In this document: positions 13,511 to 26,997 of the stretch, piece after piece | Numbering within the stretch: the first letter of the stretch is position 1 | Layout: each line of letters starts with the position of its first letter | From: Felis catus | Taxonomy: Eukaryota | Reading direction: 5' to 3' | Assembly: GCF_018350175.1 (NCBI RefSeq) | Contig: NC_058384.1 | Location: 38,006,001 to 38,070,000, forward strand | Length of the DNA stretch: 64,000 bases | Notes under the pieces: model-generated | Seen by the model: the letters and a program-made list of their open reading frames with translations, nothing else | Told to the model about the DNA's origin: nothing | Database searches by the model: none | Made by a program: the position numbers and the translations under genes

Positions 13511-14180
13511 ACTTAGAGTGAGATGGTTTACATTGCTGTCCTTTGAACTGACTCTATTTGCTGTGTACTTTTTCTTCTCAAGAAGTTCATACTTCAGTAG
13601 AAGCATAAAATTATCTTGCTTAATAGGTAAACATTTCATAATAAATTCTAATAGAAGGAGAGTGCTTTTTAAATAAGGAATTACTGAGTGACATAAAGAA
13701 AGAATGACTTTTCTGGTCATCTTATGATGGTCACTTCTCATACTAAAACATCTCAATGACATTATGTAGGGAAAAGGCATAAAGAAGAGGAAATCTCAGC
13801 TATGTTTGTTCTGTAGGAACTGATCCATCCTCTATTTTTAACACCAAATCAAATGCCTTTAGCAATTCCACCTTAAACATTACCCAAGAGCCTTGATAGC
13901 TAAGGAAAGAATAAGTATATTGATGGCATTACACAGGTTTTTGGTGCAACGTGAGACAAAATGATGCACTGGACCAAAGGTTTATTTATTTCTCCAAAGT
14001 CAGTCCCATTCATAGATCTCTCGTTTGCCCTTGTATCTTCTCTTTCCACCCTCCCACAAAAATTTCCTAGATAAAGTACAAGAAAGAAATTAAGAAAGAT
14101 CTCGGTTAGTAGAGGTTGTGTTTCTCATAGGTCAAGAAAGTCCCAGGTCCCTTCCATTTTTCTGAAACCTCTGCTATATT

Positions 14181-14233
14181 AATGAAATGAAATGAAATGA
14201 AATGAAATGAAATGAAATGAAATGAAATGAAAT
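14181..14233. repeat. (AATGA)10 pentanucleotide microsatellite
   Basis: Ten perfect aatga units, 14181-14230. Confidence 0.95.
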
Positions 14234-15169
14234 AACAAATGCCAAGACACGACTACTAAAAAATATTTGTCTTTTAATTTAATAATTTAACAAATTGCTA
14301 CTTTTTGCTAAAATAATATAATATTGTTCACAGGAAAATTAGATTTATGAAAGTATTAATTAATAGTCTATCTCAAATAGTATGACTTAATAATAATGAG
14401 ACCCACTAATTATGTCCCCTAATAATGAGACAATGAGACCCACTGTTAAAGTTGTACAATGAAAAAATTCTTCTTTCAAACCTGACAATATGTCTCTGGA
14501 ATGTGTGTATATCACTTGGAGATAATATCGAAATGTCATTAGTTAATATTCTTCCTACCCAAACCCTCATGGGCTCTGAAAGAAAGAGAAAAGATGAAAT
14601 AAGAACTGGGAAATGGCAAATGGGAAAAGAGAGAATGTGTGGCTGTATACTAGACTTGAAATGTGTGGTAAAAGCATAAGAAAATCATGTTACAAAAAAA
14701 AAAAAAAGGTAGATATCAATCATCACCAAAGTGGGTGTGGATGGTTTAATTATATAAGGAGAGGGAAATTCCAAATTGGAAAAAAAAATCAATTTGATTA
14801 TTAGTATAAATAGTATTGCTCTTTTATTCACTTAAACTGTTTTCCTTTTCTGAATTACTGTTTTATTTTCTGGATTACTATGAATGGTGACTTAAGTACT
14901 AATAAGACTTGTGAGCTTTCCCATTTTCATAATATTTTTCTAGTTCTAAGACCATCTTTCAGTCCTAGGCATTCAAAGTATAAAAATCTTCCTTCCCACT
15001 GTAAGCTATGGCTGACTGGAGGCTAATTTTCATAGTATCGATTTGAAGCCTGGCTCCCTAAACCTACTGATTTGAACAGGCTATTTTGCTCCTTGTCCAA
15101 GAAGAGCTTCTGCCAAAAACTACAGAACCTCTACTGTTGCTGTTGTCCAAGTTTCCAATGATTGATTGG

Positions 15170-15270
15170 TTCATTCATAGATTTGCGCATTCATTCACTC
15201 ATGACAAGTATTTACTGAGCACCTACTATATGTGTCAGACAATATGCTATTTCAGGACACAAAGATAAAT
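15170..15270 (-). mobile_element. L2 3' terminus fragment
   Basis: cattcattcactcatgacaagtatttactgagcacctactatatgtgtcagac. Confidence 0.7.
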
Positions 15271-16669
15271 GTGTCACAAAACATTTTGCAACATAAGTCA
15301 CACAAAAATAAGATATCAAAATACAGTCCTTGTTAAGTGTTGGCCTGAGTAGACATTAGTAACATCAGTGGATCTCTATTCACCATCTTTGGATGTGGGT
15401 CATTTGTAACAAACTTTCAATGGGTCATAGTGAAAAGTAATGAGATTTTCATAAGGCTAAATACATTAAATTTAAAAGATTGTCCTTTATTTCGAGATTA
15501 TTAGGTACATTGTTTCTCTTTTGGAACATTAAATTTATTTCATTTATTAAATAATGGTGACAAGAGATAGTAGCATTTTTTCCATTGTTTTCTTTATTTA
15601 TAAATACTTGTACTTGACAAAATAAAAGTTGATACTTTCTGTTGAATGGCATTTTCTGTTGTTTTTTTATAATTGTGTGGGGCATGAACTCTTAGTCTGG
15701 GAAGTACTGATTTATACATCAAGGTCAGGCCCCAAGGCTTACATAAACTCTGGGAACTTATCTGTTGTATCCAGCTGACACAGTAGATATTTACTATTCC
15801 TGAGCACTGACACACTAAGTCCTGTCCACAAGTGTGATTACACCTTTTGGTTCTCCTGGGTTTTCAGAATATAAGCACATCTTTTGTCCTTCTAATTTAC
15901 TTCCTGTAGGTTTATTTCCAATTCTTGTAGGCAGGGACTGTGTTTATACTCTATATAGTAAACATCTAAATTAGAAAAATGACCAATGAGATTTATTATA
16001 AGGAGAATGTAATATATGCAGGATCAGCAAATTAAAAGTAAAATAGGAGATGATATTAAATTACCCCATTTTACAGTCTCTGAGCTGTTGATGCCAGTAG
16101 CTGTACATTTTACCTGAGATTCAAAGAGATTTAAACAATTTGTCTGGGGTTTGAAGTCTAATTACTGGAAAATTAAAAGCCGGTTATGGTGATTGTTTTC
16201 TTTCTTCCATCCAATCACGTATAAAGCCCTGGTAACCGATCTTCTCAAATGTTCCCCCTTGCTTACCTATCTTACTCTACTCCACCGTCAATACTCACAC
16301 TGGCACCTTCACCCTCGGGGCCTCACACTGTGTACTGACTGTCTCTCTCCTATTTGCCACCAGCCATGTCTATGTAGTCTGTATATCCTTCCTCCAACTT
16401 TCTTTTAGATATCTGTAAACGTGTCTCCCGCCTCTTCAGAGACTTTAAGGACTCTCCATTGCTGCCCAGATGACATTTAATCTCCATTGCCTATCATTTA
16501 AAGCCCTCCCCAGTCTACACACGTTTCTGAACCTCCANNNNNNNNNNNNNNNNNNNNNNNNNNNNNNNNNNNNNNNNNNNNNNNNNNNNNNNNNNNNNNN
16601 NNNNNNNNNNNNNNNNNNNNNNNNNNNNNNNNNNNNNNNNNNNNNNNNNNNNNNNNNNNNNNNNNGAAA

Positions 16670-16900
16670 AGAAAATAATATTTGTTGAATGTCTACTAGG
16701 TGCTAGACCAGTTTATACACATTGAAACATTTATTCCTCACCAGAAATCCATGATATGGCTATTACTACCATTTTGCTAGCAGATGAGGAATCTGGGGCT
16801 CAGAGACTTTCCAGAATATGTGAAAGTTTTAAAAATAATGAGTAGTTGGAGCTGAGATTCAAGTCTGTCTGCCCCTCAAACTTCTGCTCTTTCCACTATT
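16670..16900 (-). mobile_element. MIR
   Basis: atttgttgaatgtctactaggtgctag..attttgctagcagatgaggaatctggggctcagag..gagctgagattcaag. Confidence 0.75.
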
Positions 16901-19900
16901 CAGTACACTGTTCTTTTAATTTAGGAAATAAAAGTTTGTTCCAGCCTGAAGTAATTACTAGCACCAGTTGGTGAACAGGGACCACTTAGAAAAGGAACTG
17001 AAAGTTTCCCTGCAGCCTCTAAAATCACAGCAAATAATTGGCTATTCATCTGCCACTGTTGGGGGCAGCAGCTCAGAAATTCTAATACTTGACTGGGGAA
17101 TCTTCGCAAGACACAGAGATCTGTTACCATTTCTCATATTGTTTTAATGTGACATTTTGGTACCAGATGAAAGGAGCCTCACCAATCGCATTTTCAATTG
17201 CTGGAAGCTCACAGCCTAGAGTGTGAAAGCACCTAACAGCCACTTATTTAACCCTTCTCTAAACAAATGAAGCCAATGGGATCTGGTGAGGTGAAGTAAA
17301 TTTCGTAAGGTCACACAGCTAAGAGCTGACCTAAGACCATGTCAATATGAAACTTTCCTGAAACAGAGACTAATGAATGACCACCAGATTGCCTTGTATT
17401 ATGTAGAACATAAGTGTATGTTAAAGTTTTCTAATCATTTTATTATTTGAAAGTTTAAAGTGGTAAATACGCTGAGTGTTGACAAAGATGAAAAGCTGTA
17501 ATACTGAAGAAAATTAATTAAATGCATTTGGAAAACTAAGACTGTTACTTGAACAGGATCTTAAAGAAGTATAGGACATGTGTAGAACAAGAAGAAAAAA
17601 TATCTGCATGGTGCCAAATATCCCTCCTCCATCCATGGTGACAGCATTAATTTTGACCCTCTTTTTCTGTTGAGATCTCATATGGTTTTTGTGCCCTCTT
17701 TAGCACAGACAGCACTCCAGGTAGCCAGTTATAAGTGAAGTGACTTGGCATGTAAGATGAAATCTATTTTCATCACTGGGCTACCCATGAGAGAAAATGG
17801 GCCAAAAAGACATCAGCTTGGGAATACGTGGGCCATTCAATGGGAGAATGTCAACCAGGGTTCCTGAGGATAGACCACAATTAGCATAGTATGGACTTAA
17901 CAGGAGGGAGGCTTTGACAAAAGGCTTAATTGAACTTTTATTCTTTGATAATGTCTTTCCCTTATTCTAAGTCATCTCTCCTAAAATCTCCTAACATATT
18001 TTTGAGGAATGTTTGAATTCTTGGACCATTACCCTTTTTCCCTCAGTGAAGATTTGGTTTCATCTTTCCCACTTTTTGAATGAGGCAGTTCTAACCATTT
18101 GAACATGTGCTGAATGATCTAGGTGGCTCTTGGAATCACTTACAAATTGAAGCACTCAAACAATTTTACATCAATCTATTTCTCAGTGTCTGCACATGCC
18201 CAGATGTCTGAACACAAGTAAAAGGCTCTTTTTTTTTTTTAAAGAGCATTTTCAGCAGCTTCAAATTTCTATGCATTATACATTCTGGAACCCTAATAAC
18301 TTCCAAATTGAAGTACTCTGGAAAATTTGAAGAGGTTGAATAATTTCAAATTGCCCTGTACATGACTCAGAGCTTATATACTTCACAAACTGGAGAACCC
18401 TCTCAATTTTGAAGCATTTCAATAATTTTAAATCAAAGCATGTGTATCTCAATTTAATTTTGTATTTGAATTTTGACTTAGAGCTACTTCACATAGGCCA
18501 ACTGAAAAATAAAGACAATCTTCATTCCGAGACATTTTTAGTAATTCATTTTGATTCTGAAGGATGTTTTTAGTTGTGTTTCTCTTTTCTGTTTGTGATT
18601 GAATCAACATAGCAAAAGTATCACAGTTTGAAGAGGTATGTTTGCTCCCCAAACAACTTAACCTTGACTATGTTTGCTACACTTGAATACGAAAATGTTA
18701 ATACAACAATGTGACTTGTTCAAAAAAATTAAAGCCATGTTACCATTAAGGCTAACATTTGGCTGTTGCACTAAATATCACAACTGGCAAGATTTGACAG
18801 GAACAAAAAAGCTGAGCCTTGTTCTTAAATTGAACTAGCTATGATAACTAGAGATGGAGAATAGGAAAATTCAAAATGTGTGGCACTAGACAAGCTTTTA
18901 TTTTTAAAAGTAAAAATTGTTGAATTTAGGGTAAAAAGGAGCCCCTGAGGTTACTTATCAAGTCTGCAGGGTTATACCCCATGCCTAAATGAGTGAATAA
19001 AAGCTCTGTACATTGTAATTTGGAATGCACTAAATTAGCCAACCTCTCACTCCCTCCACCCCCTAAAAAGTAAAGATGTTTCAAGTAAAAGCAAAAGAGT
19101 CTGCCATCAAATCTCACAGAATAACTCCATGGGAATTCTCCACATGAAAGATTACAGGATATGACCTGTACGATACATCGCCCTACACAGTCATAAATTA
19201 AATTTACTGTAACAACCATACAAACAGAGAGAAAAGAATCACAGAGCCAAAGAATAAAAGCAAGACTAAAATTAAGAGTATTGATCATGTGCCTCAGAAG
19301 TGAGAGCACAAAACCATAAAGTGATTAATAGTATTATTATTAGAGGAGCTCACTCAGTCTCCTATATTCCCAGCAGAAAATTAACATTGGTAAATGTTCT
19401 ACCAACAACAATTTTTAATATATCTTCCAAATGTTTTGGCTCATCTCATTGCTAAAGCATAACCAGAAATAAGACTTAATTCAATATAAGGATTTATTTA
19501 AAATAAATACGTGTTTAAATTTCATGCACAGTAGAGGAAAAGCCCACCACAATTCATCAAATTCTGTAATTTTTTTTTTGGTTGTTTTCCTTTTATATGG
19601 AATTTGTAGACGACATAGTGGAGTTTTGTCTAAGTAAACAAGAGTAAATCAAACCCAGACCCCATTCCCCAAACTGAGAAGATTGGAAAATGTCCTTTCC
19701 CACCCTGAGCTCTCAAATGAATGGTCATGGGTGCTTCTTAGCAGCTGGGACAAGGGGAAAAAAAGATACATGGAAAGTATNNNNNNNNNNNNNNNNNNNN
19801 NNNNNNNNNNNNNNNNNNNNNNNNNNNNNNNNNNNNNNNNNNNNNNNNNNNNNNNNNNNNNNNNNNNNNNNNNNNNNNNNNNNNNNNNNNNNNNNNNNNN

Positions 19901-22579
19901 NNNNNNNNNNNNNNNNNNNNNNNNNNNNNNNNNNNNCAAAGCATTTTAATACAATCTGGACTAATTAGGCTTCCAAGTTAGAATAAAAGGACACGTTAAA
20001 AAAAAAAAGGACATAAAGCCTTTCTTATTTTATGGCAATTAAAAAGTACATTGTGATCAAATAATGGCAAATGTGAAAAGTGGCATGAAGCAAATTACCC
20101 TGTTTTCCAAATATCAGGAAAATCATTTTTCCAAGCTAATAGAATTACCCATCACAAAGAATGCTTGAAACTCTGCTATTTTATATGCCAACAAATCTAA
20201 CCATGGAAAAAAGAAAACAGAATGAACAGCCTCAAGAAGAAACATAATGGAAGAGGCTCATGGGGGGTTGTATTTGGCCCATTATTTACAAGAGAAAAAT
20301 TCCTTTGTTAGCTGTGTGTCTTGAACAGACTTTATGGCAAACCTGACAGACCAGTCTCTGACCAAACAAAATCCCCCTGTGTTTGCAGGAATTTGACTTG
20401 TGTACATTTAGAGAGTTTGGTTGCAAGCCACATTATTCGCAAAAAAGAAGCTCTGTGTACATTATAAATAAAAATTGTGCATAATTGATATATAGTAAAT
20501 ATTCTAACATAAGATGTATGCACTCCCATTTTGAAATTGGAGAATTTCATGCCACAGAATCTTTCTCATGCCTTTGAGGCATATTTAATACATGTGAATT
20601 CAAGAAATGTTTTGTCCCTTTATTGTGAAATTCCTATTATGCTAATTATTTTTTAGTAAATGAAGACAGTATTATCTTCATTATCATATTATCACTGAGT
20701 AAAATAATAGAGGAAATAGACTTTTTTTAGAAAATACTCAAAATAAAACTGTTGAAGAAATAACATATCCTACTACCCATATGCATCTTTATACATAATG
20801 CCACTGCAAATATTTTCAAGAAATGGACAAAAAAAATTTAAAGGTTTATTTCTCTGGTTTCATTATTTCTTTTCATATTCAAGGTCTGAATACTTATTAA
20901 AAGAAATTGGTTCTTTTATTTCTTCATTTGTCTGAGCTGAACTACAATTTTAGTTAAACCTACCAAAAGTTAAACCTCACTCACTATGTGATAGTCTTCA
21001 ACAAATGTGTTGGTGTGAAGGGGCAAGCTATCATTTCCTCATCATGTGGTTCAGTTAACAACACAGAAAGAGCTCACAACTCAATGAGCTAACACAGACT
21101 CTCATTTTTTTTTCCACACGTGACAGAGTTATTTGTAAATACAGTTGACACAACATAAAAATTAGCCAATGTAGTAATGATCCCCTTTCTGTAAAATGCA
21201 TACCTGTTCTTATATTTATATGCTGGGCATAGATAAAAACAGTAAGTGATTATAAAGAGGAAAAAGATAGGCTAAAGGAACATTTGGAAGGCAGAAATAC
21301 AGGTCTTTGATATGAAGTGAACACCTGTGAGAAATAAATGAAGAAGTCAATATTTAATCAAAAAATTTCATAGATAGATGGTTGATATTAAAACAAAAGA
21401 ATGAACTACAAGTGAGGCCTGCGCTATAACAATATAAGCAAAGTGTTATGTATGTGTGTGTATTTATATTTCATTTCCTTTTAAGATGGAGAGTTAGAGA
21501 TACAGCTGAAAACCAAGAAAATAAGGCAGTGGACACAAAGAAAGACTGAGTGAGGCCAACCAAAAATCCAGAGAACATTTTCTTGGATTCTTTACAGACA
21601 ACAATAGTCAAATCACAGTCTCAGGTGATGTTTTGATTCCTAGTTCAGCATTTCCCTTTCAACTGTTGGGCAAAAGTTTCCAAGAACAGGCAGGAAAATG
21701 TCTGGCATCTGTTTGGAAATCCTCACTATGAAAAACTGCTTGGATGGTCCATGGACCTACTGGAATATTATCTTGCCATACCCTATAAAATATTTGTGTG
21801 ATACAAATTACTTGGCTTGTGTATCCTTGCTTTGGGAGGTCACATATATATTGCATTTTGCTTAGGTATAAAGAAGAAATTTTATTAACATTTTGTCAAC
21901 ACAGTTTGCAGTCAGGTTGGAATACCTAGCTCTGGTGCAGAGATGACTATAAGTAACATGAATAATTCATGAGTCTATTATATGCTGTGTCAAGAAAGAA
22001 GAAACAAAAACCACTTCCAATTTAGCTACCATTGGTTCAGTGGTTTAGTGGAAGTTCACAATTTAGAATTTCAGCTCAATTAGTTTTGACAATCAGATTA
22101 ACATTAGCATTAGCTTATATACATTAGCTTTCCTAATATAACTAAGCCTAGAGAGTTGATTTAAACTTCATCACATGGAAGCCTATACAATGACAATAAT
22201 ATCTTGAAATAATTAGGTTGATTTTAATAAAAGAAATTTGTAATTCTTTGCAAACATTTACTCCATCAATTACATTTTCCAATGAAGAAACAACAACAAA
22301 ATGAAATGCCATCATGCTACTTATTTTAGCCACTCAGGGATAAAAGAAAGAATGGGCCATGGGAAGAGACAACATAGTGTGATTTTTTCAAGCACTGAAC
22401 ATTTTGCAACATTCTACATCTCTTTCTTCAGCTCTGAAAAATATTTTCTTCAAAGGATCGTCACTTTACCCACAATCCAAACAATTAGTCAACCTATTAT
22501 GAATATCAATTTAGAGCAGTTTAAAAGATATTAAAATGCCTGTCTAGAAAGAGAAACATATTAAGATATTGTGAAAATG

Positions 22580-23275
22580 TGTTAAGGAAATCTAATTCAA
22601 ATTGGAGTTGGGAAGTCATGCAGGGAGGGCTCTTATGCGCATACCATTCATCACAGCTTGTATAGTCCAGCAAGAAGAAGGAAGATTTCCTCTGCCTGGC
22701 AACAGCAAACTTCGGGAACCCGGCAACAAGCAGCTACCCTCGCCTGCAGCCAATGAGAGATCACTACCCTCCAATCATCTACAGCCAATGAGGAGCCACC
22801 AACACTTCCAGCTCTCATTTTCCTCCAATGAACTTTTGTTTAAACAGCCCCTCCCAATTCCTATCTTCCTCTACAAAACCATACTCTCCCTCTTTTGTTC
22901 TGGACTTGCCTATCATTCACCATCCTTTGCTTGTCCTTCATGCAATTCCTCTGCTGTTCCCAAATAAACTTGATTTTGCTGGCTGAACTGCTTACTTTTT
23001 CCTTTTAGAAGCTTTACATTTTTGGGGCGACTGGGTGGCTCAGTCGGTTAAACGTCAGACTTCGGCTCCGGTCATGATCTCGCAGCTCCTGAGCCCCCCC
23101 CCCCCCCCCCCCGCCCCGTGTTGGGTTCTGAGCTGACAGCTCAGTCTGGAGCCTGCTTCAGATTCTGTGTCTCCCTCTCTCTGCCCCTCCCACATTCACA
23201 CTCGATCTCTCTCTCAAAAATAAAGATTAAAAAAATTTTTTTAATAAAAATGAAATAATTTACATTTCCAATAAC
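22580..23275 (+). mobile_element. Solo ERV1-type LTR (carnivore CarLTR-like), 3' end interrupted by a SINE
   Basis: Starts tgttaaggaaatctaattcaaattggag; two cagccaatgag CCAAT boxes; cccaaataaac polyA signal near 22963; exact 3' end uncertain (23018 or ~23275). Confidence 0.7.
23024..23250 (+). mobile_element. SINEC_Fc-type CanSINE with B-box replaced by a C19 run
   Basis: ggggcgactgggtggctcagtcggttaaacgtcagacttcggc head; tttacattt repeated on both sides. Confidence 0.93.
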
Positions 23276-23519
23276 CATGAAGTCTTTAGGGTAAATTAGT
23301 TTACTAGATTAGTCAGTTATCTTGCAAGTTCCAGAGATTGATCCATTTTAGTGTATGTGAGGAAGTCTAAGAATGATGTAGGTAGAGGGAAATTAAGAAG
23401 TCAAGACTTCATGGAGGACAACATATTGTCCCTCTATTAAGAAGGAAAGCCATTTCAAAGCAGAAAATGGAAATTACCATAAAAAAGTATAGGACAAAGA
23501 AAGCATCTTAGTAAACTTT

Positions 23520-23635
23520 ATTCTGGTTATCTACTGCTGCATAACAAATCACTCTATAACATAGTGGCATAAAACAACCACATTCATTTTATTTTGTCTC
23601 ACAGTTGCTGATCAGAAATTTGGGAAGAACTTGAA
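23520..23635 (-). mobile_element. MaLR (MLT1) LTR 3' fragment
   Basis: ttatctactgctgcataacaaatcactct..agtggcataaaacaac..tttattttgtctcacagtt. Confidence 0.65.
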
Positions 23636-24047
23636 AGTGTGGTATTGTAAAATTATTGTGAGAATATTACCATTATATCTATTGTAAAAATGTTACTATT
23701 ATATCTTGTTTTGATGGTATGATGCATTAGATTCTTCTAATTTTCTTTATCCTAATTCCAAGCTCACGAAACAGGTTTCTGGTTTTTAGTTTCTCAGATC
23801 CAATAATAGAGAATGTCATTAGAGGAGATATACCATGAAAGTCCATTCACTGTGATGACTTCTCATTTCAGATTTATAAAACTAGAATTCTGATTCTAAC
23901 CTGACTCCCAAGTTAACATGATTAATGGGAATGAAAACATTAACCACGTCATTTCAAATATTCTGTTTTCTTTAATCATATTAGTTCTTATTTTAAAGCA
24001 GAAAATTGTTCTGCTTCATACGTAAAATCTCCTGAGCTTGGATATTT

Positions 24048-25550
24048 CCATTCAATAATTATTTACTACTATGTGCCCACACAGTTCTATAACGTAGGGA
24101 TACATCAGCATATTAAGATGATGAGTTCCTATTTTCATGAATCCCACACTCTGAGCAAGGAGACAAAAGTAAACAATGCTTTTAAAAAAGTCAGATGACA
24201 ATAAGAAATATGCAGAAAATTAAAACATGATGATGTAATAGATCATCGGGACTACTTTAGATTAGGTGGGTAGAGAGGTACCTCTGGGAAGGTGACCTTA
24301 AAGCCGATCCCTGAATGACAAGAAAAAGTCAGTCATGCCAAAATTAGGAGGAGGAAAAAAAAAACATTTCAAGCAGACAGAATGCATCAATACAAAAGGC
24401 TCAAGGTGAGAATGGGCTAGACGTGCCAAATATAAAGATTATATTGAGGTGTTCAAGAAACGAAAACAATGCTACTATGTCGTACAATACAAGAGATGAA
24501 GGACAAGTTCATCTAGGGCTGGGTAGTGGAAGTCAGGAATGTTTCTGAATGGGATAGAAGCTATTGAAGGGTTTTACGACATGAATGTGTTTCTATTTTG
24601 AAAATCTTATTCAACCTATTAGAGAATAGATCATAAAAATATGAGTGAAAGTAAGAAGACTAGGGAAGAAACTGTTAACAAAAATACAACAAACGATAAA
24701 CAAGAAATCATGTGTAGTAGGACAAGAGGTGATAGAAAATGAAACAATTCAGAAAATATTTTGATGGTACATCAACAGAACTAGTGGATTGAGATCTAAA
24801 GGATTGAATACAGAGAGAGAGTTGAGGGAAAAAAGGAATCAAGATTTTTAACTGGAAAAAATCCTAGGTTTTTCACTGAAAAACTTGAGTAGATGGTGGT
24901 GTCATTTACCAGGATAGGGGAAGTTGGGCAGAAGCACATTTACAATGTGAAGTTGAGAGAAATAAATACTTTTCTTTGAATATGTTAGATTTTAGATGTG
25001 AAAGTAGAGAAGTTAAATCAGTAACTCTATTTGTGACTGAAATTTCCTAGAGAGGGAAAATTTCAGGAAGAAAGTCTTGGGAATACATGAAGGAACTGGA
25101 TACAGAACACAATTAGGCGTGCTGGCTTGTAACTAAAGCAAGACCCTTGCTGCTCAGTAACAGGAGAAAAGAGAAGACAGAGTAGGTGTATAAGCAGATT
25201 AGTTGGTAGGTGATTAGAAGGTGGGAAAATATGAGAGTTAGTGAGTTAGTGAGACTAACTGGCCTGTTTACATGTTTTCCATTTCAGTGTTCAACTGCTC
25301 TGGTGCAGAAACAGGATAGGCAGAGAAGGTAGATTTAAGTAGGTTTGGGGTTTTATCAGGTGATTATGACAAAAAGATAAGAGCAAGGTCAACAAAGGGA
25401 TAATTAAAAGAGGAAGGTAATGCACTCAAGAGAACACAAAGTGCTGGGAGGGCAGGGAAGGGTAAAAGTTTGGATCAATTTCAGAGAGACTCAGGGTAAT
25501 ATGGGGATGTGAATGAATTCATGGAATTATATGGTAGTGCTTGAGTTTCT
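24048..25550 (-). mobile_element. L2 (long decayed fragment)
   Basis: cattcaataattatttactactatgtgcc 3' terminus followed by purine-rich L2 body (gggaaggtgaccttaaagccgatccctgaatgacaag; agatggtggtgtcatttacc). Confidence 0.7.
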
Positions 25551-25691
25551 AGAGAAAAGTAAGATAAAGAGGAATGAGAAGACTTATGTTAATCTGAAGT
25601 TTCATTATTATTAACATATGAAAATACCATGTCCCTAAGAGATATAATTTCTTTCCCTTGTTGGAATATTGACTATAATTAAGGTATCATT

Positions 25692-25880
25692 GGAGAGGCT
25701 CAGTTAGTTAAGCTTTCGACTTGATATTGGCTCAAGTCGTGATCTCTCAGTTGTGAGATGCAGCCTCATGTCAGGCTCTGCACTGGGATTCTACACAGGA
25801 TCTGCATTGGAATTCTCTCTCTCCCTCTCTCTCTGCTCACCCCCCTCAAAATAAATAAATGGACTTTTTTTTTTTTTTAA
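25692..25880 (+). mobile_element. Older CanSINE with rearranged middle
   Basis: ggctcagttagttaagctttcgacttgatattggctcaagtcgtgatctc; aaaataaataaat tail; flanks aaggtatcattgg/aagtatcatgg. Confidence 0.85.
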
Positions 25881-26997
25881 GTATCATGGAATTCTTGGAA
25901 TGTAGGATGAACCTTTAGATGTCATGTAGCCTAATTCAATGGCTTCTAAAAGGACTATATCTAAAATAAGTATAAAAATAAATTATAAATCTCTCCAGTC
26001 TGGTAAATCCTATAATTAATTCTGGCACTCAACAGACTTTAATGTCAGCAAGTACTTTTTAGGGGCTAATCTTAATTCTCTGCTGTCATGAGGAGCTCAC
26101 TTCTCTTGTATTTTACTGGAGATTAAATCAATCTTGCTGCTGCCATCCACCAGTCCTCATGCCTAAGTTGCTCTAACCATTTAGTTGTTTAAAATTTATA
26201 TCCCAGAAAGGGTTTTTATGGAAGCAATATTCTCTGAGTTCTTGCATGCTCAAAATAGTTTTCCAGGAGCCTTTATACTTTAAGTTCAGTTAAGATGGAA
26301 ATAAAATCTTTTATATATATATAAAAATATATTTATATATTTACATATATAAATCTTATGCATATGTTTATATATATAAATCATATATATATTTATATCC
26401 AATATATCCATATATATCCACACACATATATATGTCATATATATTGTTTATTTTAATGTAGTAAAAATACATAACATACAGTCTTCCATTTTAATCATTT
26501 CTAACTATATAATTGAGTAGCACCAAGTACATTCACATTTTTGTACAACTCTCATCACTCTTCATCTCCAGGACTTTTTCATCATTGCAAACAGAAACTC
26601 TTAACCCAATAACTCCCCATTCCTTCTCTACTCCCCAGCCTCTGTTCTGCTTTAATCTACCTTCTGCCTCTATGAATTTGCCAAGTTCAGTTGCCTCATC
26701 TAAGTGAAATTTTACAATACTTGTTCAGCTTTTTTCACTTAAAAAAGTGTCTTCAAAGTTTATTCATGTCATATCATGTATCAGATATCCATTCTTTCTT
26801 AAGACTGAATAATATTCTAATATATGCCTATACCACAATTTGAATCAATTTTTAACCATTCATCTGTTAAACAGTAGGGTTGCTTCCATTTTTTGTCTAT
26901 TGTGAATAATGCTGCTGTGAATATTAGTGTATAAACATCTGTATAAGTCCCTGGTTTTAATTCTCAGGAGTATGTATTCAAAAGCAGAATTGCTGGA

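Noticed and set aside
17051-17070. CTCF-like gccactgttgggggcagca
   Set aside because: The 5' half matches the core motif poorly; not supportable without a PWM score or ChIP data.
22602-22967. 121-aa ORF
   Set aside because: Lies entirely within a solo LTR and has no protein-like features.
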